Shown here: one piece after another, positions 20,291 to 30,100 of the stretch
Position numbering within the stretch: the first letter of the stretch is position 1
Layout: every line of letters begins with the position of its first letter
NCBI GenBank assembly: GCA_019828565.1
Contig: JAHDYR010000008.1
Coordinates: 186,001 to 250,000 of the forward strand
DNA length: 64,000 nt
Origin: Carpediemonas membranifera BICM
Taxonomy: Eukaryota; Protista; Fornicata
Direction of reading: 5' to 3'
Notes under the pieces: model-generated
Told to the model about the DNA's origin: nothing
Database searches by the model: none
What the model saw: only the letters and a program-made list of their open reading frames with translations
Position numbers and translations under genes: made by a program

Positions 20291-22171
20291 CTACACACTC
20301 AACCCCGCCGTCTCGGAGTAGCCCTCGGCGACAATAAGCCGGCCAGACAGCACCAGGCTCTTCACATGCCGCGGGGCGTCTCGGGAAGGCACCCACTTCA
20401 ACCCCTGCCCCTTGTCGTCGGTGTCCTTGAACACGATACAGAGGCCGACGTCTGTGAACTCGATACAGTCGAACTCATCCCTCAGCGCGAGCTCCACCCA
20501 CCCCGCGTACTCACACGGCTTAAGCTGCACCCTACTTGTATGCTGGGACCCGACCGGAGTGAAGGTGCGGTCCTCAGAGAAATAGCACATGCCGATCCAG
20601 GACCCGTCGCTGTACTTGGGGTGCTGGTACGCCGCGATGACCTTGAACCCGAGCTCCACGGGGCTGCTGAGTACGGCGTCCGGCAGCGGGTAGACGTGCT
20701 GCTGCTCGTTGGACCCGCACACCAGGCAGCGCTGGTCCTCGAGGAAGAACACCGTCGTATCCGCCTGATCCCGCTCGGACAGCGACTGGATGTCGACGAT
20801 GGACCGGGAAGACGCGAGACGGACGGGGGTAAGCACGTCGACCGCGGGGGAGGACGAGCCGACACCCAGGGCACCGTTGCGGTTGGTGCCGCACGCGAGA
20901 ATGGGGGTCTGGGAGCTTGTTGTCCATGCAAACATGGCGGCAGCGGTTGAGCTGTATCTCGAGATTTTGAAGTCAGTAACGATCATGAACCGCGGCAGGA
21001 CCACCCGCGTCGGCGTGGCCACGAACGGGGCATCAGAACGCACCCCGAGACAGCCGCTCGTGTTGCTCCCCACCGCATACCAGGAGGCCCCCGCCTGGAA
21101 GAACAGGGCTTCGTCGGCCTGCCGTATGCGGGTGACGCTGGTGTCGGTGTCGATCGGGACCGGCATGGGGTGCTCGACGGCAGTGGCAGCCAGCCCCAGT
21201 CCCAGCAGCCGTTGGGAGTTGCACCCCCACGCGTAGAGCCCCTTCTCCGTGACCGCGAACACCGCCACGGCCCTGTCGTCTTCATTCGGCTGTGGGACTG
21301 TGAAGACACACCTCGTCTGGGGTAGCCCGCGAACAAAGGAGACTTCAGCATTGTCGAATAGGTGGTGGTCGCAGCGGGTCTGCCCGAGCTGGCCGTAGTC
21401 ATTGGGACCTGTGACAAAGATCCTGCCCGCAATGAGATAAAAGGCGTTGTCCCCGCATCTCTTGACGATTTGAAGTTTCTTCCTCTCTCTTTCACAGAAA
21501 AAGAACTTCCTACATAAGAAGCAACATATTTCGGGGTGGTCTACGCTGAACATCACCGTGGATATGAGCCAAGGCGGCAGGGTGAAGAGGGCGTCGGGGA
21601 GGGGGGTCCGAGGATCGAGGTTCATGGACAGCAGGGGGTGTACGAGGAGCTCTACTGCCTGCATGAGGTACCTGACCGACTGGTAGAGCTCAGGCATGCC
21701 CAGGGCGGCAATGTTGCGGATGGTTTGATCGATGAGGCTGATCACGTCGTCAACGGATGTGAGAGGCTTAACTGCGCCGAGCTCGCCCACAAGTTCAGTG
21801 ATGCCGTTGATCACGACGGGGACAGCGCGTCTGATGTACTGTGGGACGTTCTCGGGCATCCGTTCTTGAATCACGTCGGCCTGCAGAAGCAATTTGATCA
21901 TTTCGTGGAATTTGAACAAGAGGATGCGGGGATCATCGTCTACAAAGCCAATGGGATGCTTGGAGAGCTCTGGAGCGACGCCGCATAGATTCTGGAAGGA
22001 GAATCTTCGAAAAGATGAGCTGGAAGACGCCGCTGAAGCGGTTGAAGCCGCATCGTCGTTAGCATGTGGCGAGTCTGGTGGAATATCTTCAAGCGAGCTT
22101 TCACCAGACTCGCAATTACTCATAATCGGATTGAGAGCGAACCAGCGATGTGATCGAGAAGAATGATTCAT
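20291..22171 (-). CDS. RCC1/BLIP-II-like repeat protein with F-box-like motif (member 2)
   Basis: GPNDYGQLG, GLYAWGCNSQRLLGLG, GSNTSGCLG and CGTNRNGALGVG repeats. Motif LPDALFTLPPWLISTVMF...ICCFLCRKFFF. Confidence 0.8.
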   Translation of the reverse strand: MNHSSRSHRWFALNPIMSNCESGESSLEDIPPDSPHANDDAASTASAASSSSSFRRFSFQNLCGVAPELSKHPIGFVDDDPRILLFKFHEMIKLLLQADVIQERMPENVPQYIRRAVPVVINGITELVGELGAVKPLTSVDDVISLIDQTIRNIAALGMPELYQSVRYLMQAVELLVHPLLSMNLDPRTPLPDALFTLPPWLISTVMFSVDHPEICCFLCRKFFFCERERKKLQIVKRCGDNAFYLIAGRIFVTGPNDYGQLGQTRCDHHLFDNAEVSFVRGLPQTRCVFTVPQPNEDDRAVAVFAVTEKGLYAWGCNSQRLLGLGLAATAVEHPMPVPIDTDTSVTRIRQADEALFFQAGASWYAVGSNTSGCLGVRSDAPFVATPTRVVLPRFMIVTDFKISRYSSTAAAMFAWTTSSQTPILACGTNRNGALGVGSSSPAVDVLTPVRLASSRSIVDIQSLSERDQADTTVFFLEDQRCLVCGSNEQQHVYPLPDAVLSSPVELGFKVIAAYQHPKYSDGSWIGMCYFSEDRTFTPVGSQHTSRVQLKPCEYAGWVELALRDEFDCIEFTDVGLCIVFKDTDDKGQGLKWVPSRDAPRHVKSLVLSGRLIVAEGYSETAGLSV

Positions 22172-22400
22172 TCTCGATTTCCAGGGCTATCAGGCGTCAG
22201 TCACCCCAGCCTGGCGTTGCAGCAATCAGTGGCTGTATGGTTGTGACTTGTGGTGAGGCTCGTTGGGCCAGGCAGGGTGATGGTTCATGGACTCGCAGCA
22301 ACCTAGGCAGGCTGGCCAATACCCAGGGAGAGCATGGAGGGTCGGGTTTTTACCATTCCCAGGCTACTGGGGCCAATGTTGCGGTTGTCATGAAGTATCA

Positions 22401-22420
22401 TAGAGTGCACAGTGCAAGCA
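22401..22420. repeat. 20-bp direct repeat of element A, downstream copy (putative guide position)
   Basis: Identical to 24802-24821. Starts 15 nt after the terminal TGA of the Fanzor reading frame. Confidence 0.92.
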
Positions 22421-22560
22421 CTGCGTCTCTCCACTTCAATTAGCTTGCCCGGAGGCGAAGACTAGCCGCTGGTTAGCCGTAATTGGTGTATTGGGGTTAT
22501 AGTTGGGAAGACGGGCTGGATTTCTGAAAGCACTGGCTTGATACTGTGCATCCGTCATGA
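22401..22560 (-). ncRNA. Candidate omegaRNA of element A (scaffold overlapping the ORF 3' end, plus guide)
   Basis: On the minus strand a CAATTA/TAATTG stem (22480-22485 with 22437-22442) encloses GGCTA..TAGTC and GCC-TCCG-GGC hairpins. Position is typical of TnpB/Fanzor omegaRNA. The 5' boundary is a guess. Confidence 0.45.
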
Positions 22561-24418
22561 GGCCGCAATCCAAGATGTTCTGTGCAGCAGTCTTGTCTCT
22601 GTGGGAGAGATTGAGTTAAGTGGTGGTAGTAGGATCGGAATTGAGGCGTTGCTGTCTGTACCATGGAGCACCTTGACAATTCGGGTTGTGGCATCGCATC
22701 GTGCGCCTCGTGTAGCGAGTTCTACGGAACCTCGCGCGGCAGAAGGGGCAGACGAGTGAGGTTCGGAACTCGTTAGTCATCCGCACTTCAGCAGTGATGT
22801 TGAAAGCTCTCATGTGTGCTAGTGATTCTGCAAAGCGACCATACGGCGCGCATGGATGCACCCGACGGGGCGTCTTGAATCTAGCGCTTCCGTAGAAGAC
22901 AACCAGCCTGGTGGGGGCTGCCCGGGGAGGGGCAATACTGCGAGGGAGTCGCCGAGGAGTCCATCCTAGGGTGCGAGCAAGCTGCTCCCCAGCTCTGTGG
23001 AAGTGCTTTGGACGCAAGATGTGGTTCGTCAGGCGCACTCTGCGGAAGCTCTTGACCATCCCAGCGTCGAATATTTCCTGCTCGTGGAGGAGCACAAACC
23101 TAATCGAGTTTTGTAGACTATCTAGATTTGTACTTTTGAATGACGCAGGAGTCATATCGAACGTGAAGCTGGGGGTCTTGGTGTACCCACACTTCGGGAC
23201 CACACCGGAGCTGGTGGTGCCATCTGGGTGGCGGATGAAGAATCCACCCAGAGCCCGAGCACCCGGGTCGAAACCCATGAGGTGGGCATCGGGGTCTGGC
23301 GCGGGGTGAGCATCTGCGTCATCCACACCCAGACGCTCCCGAGCCTTTCGCTTCATCGTCGGGTTGCCACTGGCACGTCTGTTGACGTATGGCAGAGCAC
23401 CAACTTGGACCGTGAGGTCCACGGCGACCCCATCTGTCTTGACAGACAGCACCCGACGGATGTTCGGAGGAAGAGCCTCCAGCTGCTCTCGCGTCATGCG
23501 CTCAGTGGCGTGATGCTCCGGGTCGACCCCAAATTGGGCAAGCCAAGCCGGGTTCAGCACGTTGAGAGAACAGGGAACGTGCATGAACCCGGGGCGGACC
23601 GGAGCCATCGGGACAAGCGGAACAAGTTTGGGGCCCGCCAGCGGCTTGTCACCCGGAAGAGGTGGATGGGCGGTGTTGAATGCCGCAACCATATCCGTGA
23701 GCTCTCCCAGAGCCGCGGAGATCCGCCAGACGCAGGGCAGCGTGAGTAGAACGCCCTCGTCGACTCGTCCCGGAGTTGAGATCTTTGCAAGGTGCTCATC
23801 AACGATCGCCTTGACAGCGCGTTGTTCGGTGCGCAACCGGGTGATGTCGTCCCGGGGCACGTCTGGATCACGCTGAGTCAGGGCAGTGTCGACCCGAGTG
23901 ATGATCTTCGCCAGGCGCCAGCAGTAACCTTCAAGGGCATTGACGAGCGACAGCTTGGTGCTCGTGGCATATTCGCCCAGCCACACGTCGAACTCGCGAG
24001 GGCACTGTTGACGAGCTGCCCTGAAGGCGGTGCAGAGGCGGATGATGAACTCGTCATGCCACAGTGGCATCTCGGCTATTGAGGTGACAACCTGCCGAAC
24101 TGCGGCGTATTTTTTCGCGCCCAGGAAGCGGTCGACGAGTGAGTCGGCGGCGAGGTTTCGGTACTCTCCACTTCGTCGGTAGGCGACGATAACGATGGCC
24201 TGGTGCAGAGCCTGGTCATGCACGGGCAAGGAGAGATTGGCGTGGTGGCAACACGCGGCGATGTATGACAGAAGGCAAGTGTGAAAGTACTTGGCCTTCG
24301 TGAACGAGCAGAGCCTGTTCTCCAATCCGGCGTAGAAGTCCGCGATGAAAGGAATCACGTTTCTACGGTTATGGAGAACGGAGGATATGGAGAACTTGAC
24401 CGTATAGATGCTGGTCAT
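22436..24418 (-). pseudogene. Fanzor1-like RNA-guided RuvC nuclease (~660 codons) with one in-frame TAA
   Basis: SVKTDGVAV, RuvC-I MGFDPG, VVFYGSARF, RuvC-II plus zinc finger NEFRTSLVCPFC...RCHNPNC. After TAA (22616-22618) the same frame continues LNLSHRDKTAAQNIL (RuvC-III) to TGA at 22436-22438. Confidence 0.88.
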
Positions 24419-24801
24419 GCGAAGCTCTGCGTTTTGCGGTGAATGAACCGATCACTTGTTAACAACACACATCAAAGACGACAGACGTTTAATGAACGAG
24501 ACTATGCAGTGATAATGGCGAGAATTAGAAGAACTGAAGTGTTTTATCTTCAGGCAGCGGCATAGAAGAGCCCGCTGTGCGATGGAAGGCCATGGTGATG
24601 ATTGCAAGGACGTCATGATCAAGACCCCGAAATCCGACAAGCGGAAGAGAGCGGATGGAAGTAAGATGGGGTAGACGATAGGTGGGAAGCTAGTTGCTTG
24701 GCGAGAGGACTGGAGAAGCACTGATTGATGACCCCCGACGATGATGACTGACTATCGAAATATCACTCTCAAGAAGAAGGAAGAGGGAGAGCGGGAAGGG
24801 G

Positions 24802-24821
24802 TAGAGTGCACAGTGCAAGCA
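24802..24821. repeat. 20-bp direct repeat of element A, upstream copy
   Basis: Identical to 22401-22420. Preceded on the element (minus) strand by TTTAC. Confidence 0.92.
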
Positions 24822-24909
24822 GTAAAGTAAGACTCTCAATCGTCTATAGCAGACTTCATGTCAACTTGACGCAGGTTAAGCATCGTCTGTCCGGAGTGGA
24901 CCACCATGC

Positions 24910-25683
24910 ATGAGTACGGCCCTACAGGCCTACGTCTCTCATCTAAGGGTGGAGAAAAGCTCCTATGGGCAATATTATCGCGAGAACTGGTCTGCGATGC
25001 TCAAAGACGAAGTACGATGCCTGCCGAAGCCAAACTTCCTTTCCACTGTCCAAAGAGGCTACATTAAGCCATATATGAGACACACAATTATCGAATGGCT
25101 CTTCTCTGTCGCCCACCGTCATCTCCTCGAGGCCCAGATTGTCGCCCGCGCCACCAACTACATCGATCGCTACCTCTCGGCCATCGCCGTCAACCGCCAC
25201 AACTTCCAGGTCCTTGCACTGGCTTCTCTCTACCTAGCAGGTAAGATGGACCGGGTTGCGAGCGTCCCCCATCTTTCTCTCGAGACCATCAGCGGCGTGA
25301 CCGAGACGGACGTCTGGTTTGCTGAGCGATCGATTCTAGAGACGTTACGGTGGGATATGGCTGCAGTAACACCGCATATGGTGCTGGCGAGGGTGTGCAA
25401 CGTCGTCTCCGACCCTGCAGCCGCTGCCGAGCTCTTCGTCAAATCCGCCACCTACGCCAACGTCGCCCTCCTCCGCTACGACCTCAGCTGGGCCCCTGCC
25501 TCCGTCATAGCAGTGGGCGCTCTCATCTGTGGGGCAGCCGACCTCGCAGTCACCCTGTCCTCGATCAGTGCCCAGCTGAGAGGGCTCGGGGTCGACGTCG
25601 ACAGAGCTGAGTCCGTGGCGGAGGTGCTGAGGGAGGTCATGGAGGAGTCCAGTCAGAGTGGATCGGCCTGTAGCGTGAGTTGA
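24910..25683 (+). CDS. Cyclin
   Basis: Cyclin box MRHTIIEWL...ATNYIDRYLS...FQVLALASLYLAGKM...ERSILETLRWDM...TP. Confidence 0.9.
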   Translation: MSTALQAYVSHLRVEKSSYGQYYRENWSAMLKDEVRCLPKPNFLSTVQRGYIKPYMRHTIIEWLFSVAHRHLLEAQIVARATNYIDRYLSAIAVNRHNFQVLALASLYLAGKMDRVASVPHLSLETISGVTETDVWFAERSILETLRWDMAAVTPHMVLARVCNVVSDPAAAAELFVKSATYANVALLRYDLSWAPASVIAVGALICGAADLAVTLSSISAQLRGLGVDVDRAESVAEVLREVMEESSQSGSACSVS

Positions 25684-25995
25684 GTCAGGGAAGACTGTGG
25701 ACTTGACTCTGACTCTGACTGGGGGCTTGGAATTGTAGGTATATGGTGTATATATGGTTGGCAGCATTAATAGTGGCCGATGTACATAAAGGGGCCGCAT
25801 GACATCACTGCACCATTCTCACCACCGTCACCCATTGGCCAGTGGGCCGACCCAGTCAACCCGCCGAGTCCAACAACTGTGGCTTCAAGGCAGCGCTGTA
25901 TGCCAGCTCTCACCACTGTTTGACTGGCAGATGGGGGTTCCAACAATGGGCTGTCTGTGAGATCGCGGGAGATCGCCACCTCACACGACACAAGA

Positions 25996-27087
25996 ATGGG
26001 GCAGCACAGCAACAAGCCTATAGACGACACAACGGAGCGCATTGAGCGAGTATCAATCAAACCAACACATACTGGCCCGCTGAGCTCGACGGTGGACGAC
26101 GCTTTCGTGGAAAAGTGCCAGAACATCCTTCTAGCCGGTTCGTGTGGCGATGCGCTCGGCAAATGGACTGAATTCGTCCCCACATTGGACGCTATTGAAT
26201 CCAGTTGGCCAGGAGGCCTCCGTGGTTTTGATCAGGTCGAACGCCGCCTCCATGGAGCCCCGCCGCCATACACTGATGACACGCAGATGAGCCTGCTTGT
26301 CCTACACACGCTGATCAAGATGCGGAGGGAGCAGAGCGATATCAACTTGATCTGCACATCACTCGCCGAGGCATTCGCGACGACTTGGCTCGACGACCCA
26401 CAGACTCCCTCAAGAATGCCTGGCAACGCCTGTCTCTCAGCTTCAAACCTCCTACGTGAACGTCTCCCGGCCCGACCTGACCCGGCCTGGTGGAAGGCGG
26501 GGGCGCCCGGTGCTGGGGGGTGCGGGGCCGTCATGCGGGCCTACCCCTTCGCCCTCGTGTACGCGGACCAGCCCGAGTTCGCGGTCAGGGCGGCAGCGGA
26601 GCATGGTACGATCACCCACGGCGCGGCACTGTCTTCTGCGGCGACCGCGGCCTTTGTCGCCGGTGTGCTGGCCGGGATCCACGGCAAGGACTGCCCCGCC
26701 ATGGTCACAGCGATGGTCCAGGCCGCTGAGACGTACGACCACGAGACCGCGGCGATGATTGAGTCTGCCGCTGCCAAGGGGGCCGACCCATCAATCACCC
26801 AGAGCGCCGTTCTCGGGTCAGACAACAGCAACCCCTTCCCCGGCCAGCTCAGGGGGTGGGCTGGACACGAGGCAATCGCTGCGGCTGCCTTTCTCCTCGC
26901 ACGCCACGGATCCGACGCTGAGGCCGCCGTGGTGGCTGGGGCAAACACCCCGGGCGATTCGGACTCCATAGCATCCGTAGCGGGGGTTCTCAGCGCTGCT
27001 GCGGGCGGGGTGATGCCTGAGAAGTGGCGGGCAGTGGAGGGGTCCGGGGAGATCGCCCAGCTCGTGGAGGAAATGATCAGCGCATAG
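25996..27087 (+). CDS. ADP-ribosylglycohydrolase (ARH/DraG family)
   Basis: GDALG, YTDDTQM, GCGAVMR, ITH and GDSDSIASVAG motifs. Confidence 0.9.
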   Translation: MGQHSNKPIDDTTERIERVSIKPTHTGPLSSTVDDAFVEKCQNILLAGSCGDALGKWTEFVPTLDAIESSWPGGLRGFDQVERRLHGAPPPYTDDTQMSLLVLHTLIKMRREQSDINLICTSLAEAFATTWLDDPQTPSRMPGNACLSASNLLRERLPARPDPAWWKAGAPGAGGCGAVMRAYPFALVYADQPEFAVRAAAEHGTITHGAALSSAATAAFVAGVLAGIHGKDCPAMVTAMVQAAETYDHETAAMIESAAAKGADPSITQSAVLGSDNSNPFPGQLRGWAGHEAIAAAAFLLARHGSDAEAAVVAGANTPGDSDSIASVAGVLSAAAGGVMPEKWRAVEGSGEIAQLVEEMISA

Positions 27088-27262
27088 GCGTTTAAAGCAG
27101 TGTTGATTTGTTCTCGAGCCAGGATGAGTTTTGGAGCGATTGAATGGAACTAGTGTAGTTGAGATCTGATTATTTGATCGGATCTGTAGATTGGATTACA
27201 GTGCAGGTTTGCGACCGACGTTCTGCGACGCACGGAGCATACAGACGCTCAGCAAAGCACGA

Positions 27263-27835
27263 ATGACTTTTACCGACTGGTTAATGAATGCGCTGGCCTT
27301 TTTAGGCCTCTACAATAAGAAATGCAAGCTAGTCTTCCTTGGCTTGGACAATGCCGGCAAGACGACGCTTCTACACATGCTAAAAGATGGGCGCTTGGTC
27401 CAGCACAAGCCAACTTATCACCCCACAAGCGAGGAGATCCGTATGGGCAAGATCACCTTCTCTGCCTTCGACCTCGGAGGGCACAAGGAGGCCCGCCGCA
27501 TCTGGCAGGACTATTATGCGCAGTGCGACGGGATAGTGTACATCGTGGATGTCGCCGACGTGGAAAGAATGCACGAAGCCTGCGAGACATTACAGGAGTT
27601 GCTCAGTAACGACATTCTCGCCCGCGTCCCAGTCGCTGTTCTGGGGAACAAGGTCGATCGCCCAGAAGCCTGCTCAGAATCCCAGTTCTTGCACTCACTG
27701 GACATCAGGCCGACTGGGAGACAGGTGCCCAGGTCAGCCATTGAGGGTGACCGACCGATTGAGGTCTTCATGAGCTCCATTCTACGGAAATGTGGATATG
27801 CAGAGGCATTTAGATGGATGGCCCAGTATGTGTAG
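27263..27835 (+). CDS. SAR1: Sar1 small GTPase (COPII)
   Basis: FLGLDNAGKTTLLHMLK, QHKPTYHPTSEE, FDLGGH..ARRIW, GNKVD, RPIEVFM and GYAEAFRW. Confidence 0.96.
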   Translation: MTFTDWLMNALAFLGLYNKKCKLVFLGLDNAGKTTLLHMLKDGRLVQHKPTYHPTSEEIRMGKITFSAFDLGGHKEARRIWQDYYAQCDGIVYIVDVADVERMHEACETLQELLSNDILARVPVAVLGNKVDRPEACSESQFLHSLDIRPTGRQVPRSAIEGDRPIEVFMSSILRKCGYAEAFRWMAQYV

Positions 27836-27955
27836 ACGATGGGGGTGAGCTGGGTGCTGGTAAATGATCTTTTGGCGATGGCAATCAGCATGTCAGAACT
27901 GTCAGAAGTAAACTGCGTCGACTCTGCTGTCAAACAAGAAGAAACTGAAACTGAA

Positions 27956-28144
27956 ATGACTCACCCTGTTGTTGACCCCGATAAGTGCATTGGCTGCGGT
28001 GGATGCATTGATGTATGCCCTGAAGAGGTCTTTGGCACCGAACTGATTGACGATAAGGCTGTGGTCCAGCATCCGGACGCTTGCTCTGCCGTCGAAGCCT
28101 GTGTGGAAGCGTGCCCTGTCGAAGCTATCACTCTCGTCGACTAA
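27956..28144 (+). CDS. Bacterial-type dicluster ferredoxin
   Basis: 62 aa. CIGCGGCIDVCP and CSAVEACVEACP. Confidence 0.9.
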   Translation: MTHPVVDPDKCIGCGGCIDVCPEEVFGTELIDDKAVVQHPDACSAVEACVEACPVEAITLVD

Positions 28145-28515
28145 ATCACAGTTTTGTCGCTTTCGTGCTAATTACGACACTTCCTTGTGCTTGAAAAACA
28201 GCGACCACAGCGCCACAGGGCGATGTTCTGACAATGTGACAACACCATGCCCAGCTCACCCTTTGGTGAGGTAATTCGGTGCTCTGTTCACTGGTTCGAG
28301 GCTGAGAGATCAGCAGAGGGCTTCGTGGACGATGAGATGACGTTGACCAATGGATGGGAGACATGAGACGACGTCGGACGCATGGCCGGCGAGCGCAACG
28401 GGTGCGCTTACTCCCAAGCTTAGTCACAAGTGCTTTCCATCGCCGCTCTTACCTTTCCCGCTCCATTTATGCTTCGAAATAAGTAACATGTAATGATCGC
28501 CAAATTCCAACGCAG

Positions 28516-29880
28516 ATGGAAGGCTCTCTTCCACTGGTGAAGCCTGGAGCTTCTTTGAAGCTGGAATCGCCGATGAAAGTACGACCGCAGACTGCAGCCA
28601 GTAAGATAGGCTCTCTCCAGTCTCTCGATGGCGAGAAAAAGCGAATGATGCGAACAAATCAGACGTTCTCGCAGCAACAGATCTCCAAGCTCGAAGGGGC
28701 GCTGAACAAGCTCAAGCATGCATTCGACATGGAGCATGCGGACAATTTGCGGCTTCGGAAGGAGCTGCAAGATCACGAAATTGAACATCTCGCCCAGATG
28801 CGGAGCGTCGGCGGCATATACGCCGGTGACAGACGCGACAAGGCTGTCCAGAAGCAGATTCAAGATCAGGCCGACAAGATCGAGCAGATTATGGCGACGA
28901 ACAGTCTGCTGCTCGCCGAGAGTCGCCGTCTCAAAGATGAGCGCGACAGCGCCAAGAGCGAGCTCAACAACCTCAAGGGCATCCTCAAACGCAGCGACCA
29001 GGAGCTAGCCACCATGAAGCGCGAGCTAGCCAGTGTGAAACGGCAGTACGACCAGGTCGTGGTTGACAAGGAAGTCTGCGCGGGTGAGGCGAAGCTTCAG
29101 ATGCAGCGGTTCGAGAAGGAGAAGGAGCTGTGGCAGTCTGAGGTCCGCGAGATGAGGCAGCAGCTCGAGAGTGTCCGCCGGGTGAACACGCTGGTCTCGA
29201 GCGCCACCAAGAAGATCGGCAGCAGAAGCTCGTCCGCCGCCTCCTCCCTTGGTGCCCCTACTACCATCAGCAAGCGTACAGAGGAGATCCTGTCCCGTAT
29301 CATGGGAGACAGCGCCACTGACATCAACACGGGTCTGCTCAACTACGTCAACGAGCTCACTGTAGACCATGAAAAGCTCTCGAAGGCCATGGAGGTGAGC
29401 AACGAGACCATCAGCCGACTCAAGGTACAGGCGTCGGGCGACAGGAATGGGACGCGGCGACTGACTAGAATGCTTGAGGATAAGCTCTCGGCGTCAGAGA
29501 GCTTGGCACGGTCGCTGGCAGCCAAGGAGCAGGCCTCTGAGGCGCATAGGAGAGCAGCGCATGCGAGTCTTGACAGAATCGCCACCACTCTGCGCCTGTT
29601 CGAGTCCGACACAGAATTCAAGACTGAGCGGTCGACCCCAAATGACTCGTCCATCATGCTCCTCCTCGGCCTGATCGAGCAGTATGCCGCGGGTGTTGGG
29701 TTCAAGTCTGTCGATGCTGCGGGGTCCAAGGACACGATGACAGCGAGTGTGCTGGCAAGGGTGTCTGGGACACTCAGTCGCAGTGCTGAGAGGGATCCAG
29801 AGGCCACCCCGAAGAGGATCATGAGTCTGGCTGAGCATCGGGCGAACGTCAAGGATAGTCTGGCAGATTTGCGGCGATAG
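28516..29880 (+). CDS. Coiled-coil protein of unknown function
   Basis: 454-aa ORF rich in heptad E/K/Q/L segments. Confidence 0.7.
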   Translation: MEGSLPLVKPGASLKLESPMKVRPQTAASKIGSLQSLDGEKKRMMRTNQTFSQQQISKLEGALNKLKHAFDMEHADNLRLRKELQDHEIEHLAQMRSVGGIYAGDRRDKAVQKQIQDQADKIEQIMATNSLLLAESRRLKDERDSAKSELNNLKGILKRSDQELATMKRELASVKRQYDQVVVDKEVCAGEAKLQMQRFEKEKELWQSEVREMRQQLESVRRVNTLVSSATKKIGSRSSSAASSLGAPTTISKRTEEILSRIMGDSATDINTGLLNYVNELTVDHEKLSKAMEVSNETISRLKVQASGDRNGTRRLTRMLEDKLSASESLARSLAAKEQASEAHRRAAHASLDRIATTLRLFESDTEFKTERSTPNDSSIMLLLGLIEQYAAGVGFKSVDAAGSKDTMTASVLARVSGTLSRSAERDPEATPKRIMSLAEHRANVKDSLADLRR

Positions 29881-30100
29881 GTTGGGTGGCCGTTGGTTTG
29901 ATTCGACTTTGGCTGATAGCCCGTTTCCCTCATATTTTATTGACTTTTACTCAGTTTGCTCCATAAACTTCCCGGAGATGATCACCGAGATGACGGATAC
30001 ATGCTGAGAATGAAACCTTCGCCACTGGTCAAGTGAAGGGTCAGCTTCAGCGAGACACTGGCCAGATCCTGTTAGTCTTTCAAGGAGCATTGGGGGAACA

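Larger units (their letters stand above)
22401..24821 (-). mobile_element. Fanzor1-like element A delimited by 20-bp direct repeats
   Basis: TAGAGTGCACAGTGCAAGCA occurs at 22401-22420 and 24802-24821, enclosing the RuvC ORF. No transposase and no convincing terminal inverted repeats. Confidence 0.8.

Noticed and set aside
22616-22618. TAA read as Gln (hexamitid-type genetic code), which would make Fanzor A intact
   Set aside because: Conserved genes in the window end at TAA or TAG in the expected places (RPL7A, SAR1, ferredoxin, flavodoxin, CCDC113), so the standard code applies.
22421-24801. Terminal inverted repeats on the Fanzor elements
   Set aside because: Element A shows only a weak CT(A/G)C plus pyrimidine resemblance between ends, and element B shows none.
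22401-24821. Direct repeats as a CRISPR array or LTRs
   Set aside because: There are only two copies per locus, 1.4-2.4 kb apart, and they differ between loci. They are too short for LTRs, and no cas or RT/integrase genes are present.
24910-28144. Cyclin, ARH, Sar1 and ferredoxin as cargo of the Fanzor element or as an operon
   Set aside because: They lie outside the direct repeats and are functionally unrelated. Tight spacing is general in this window.
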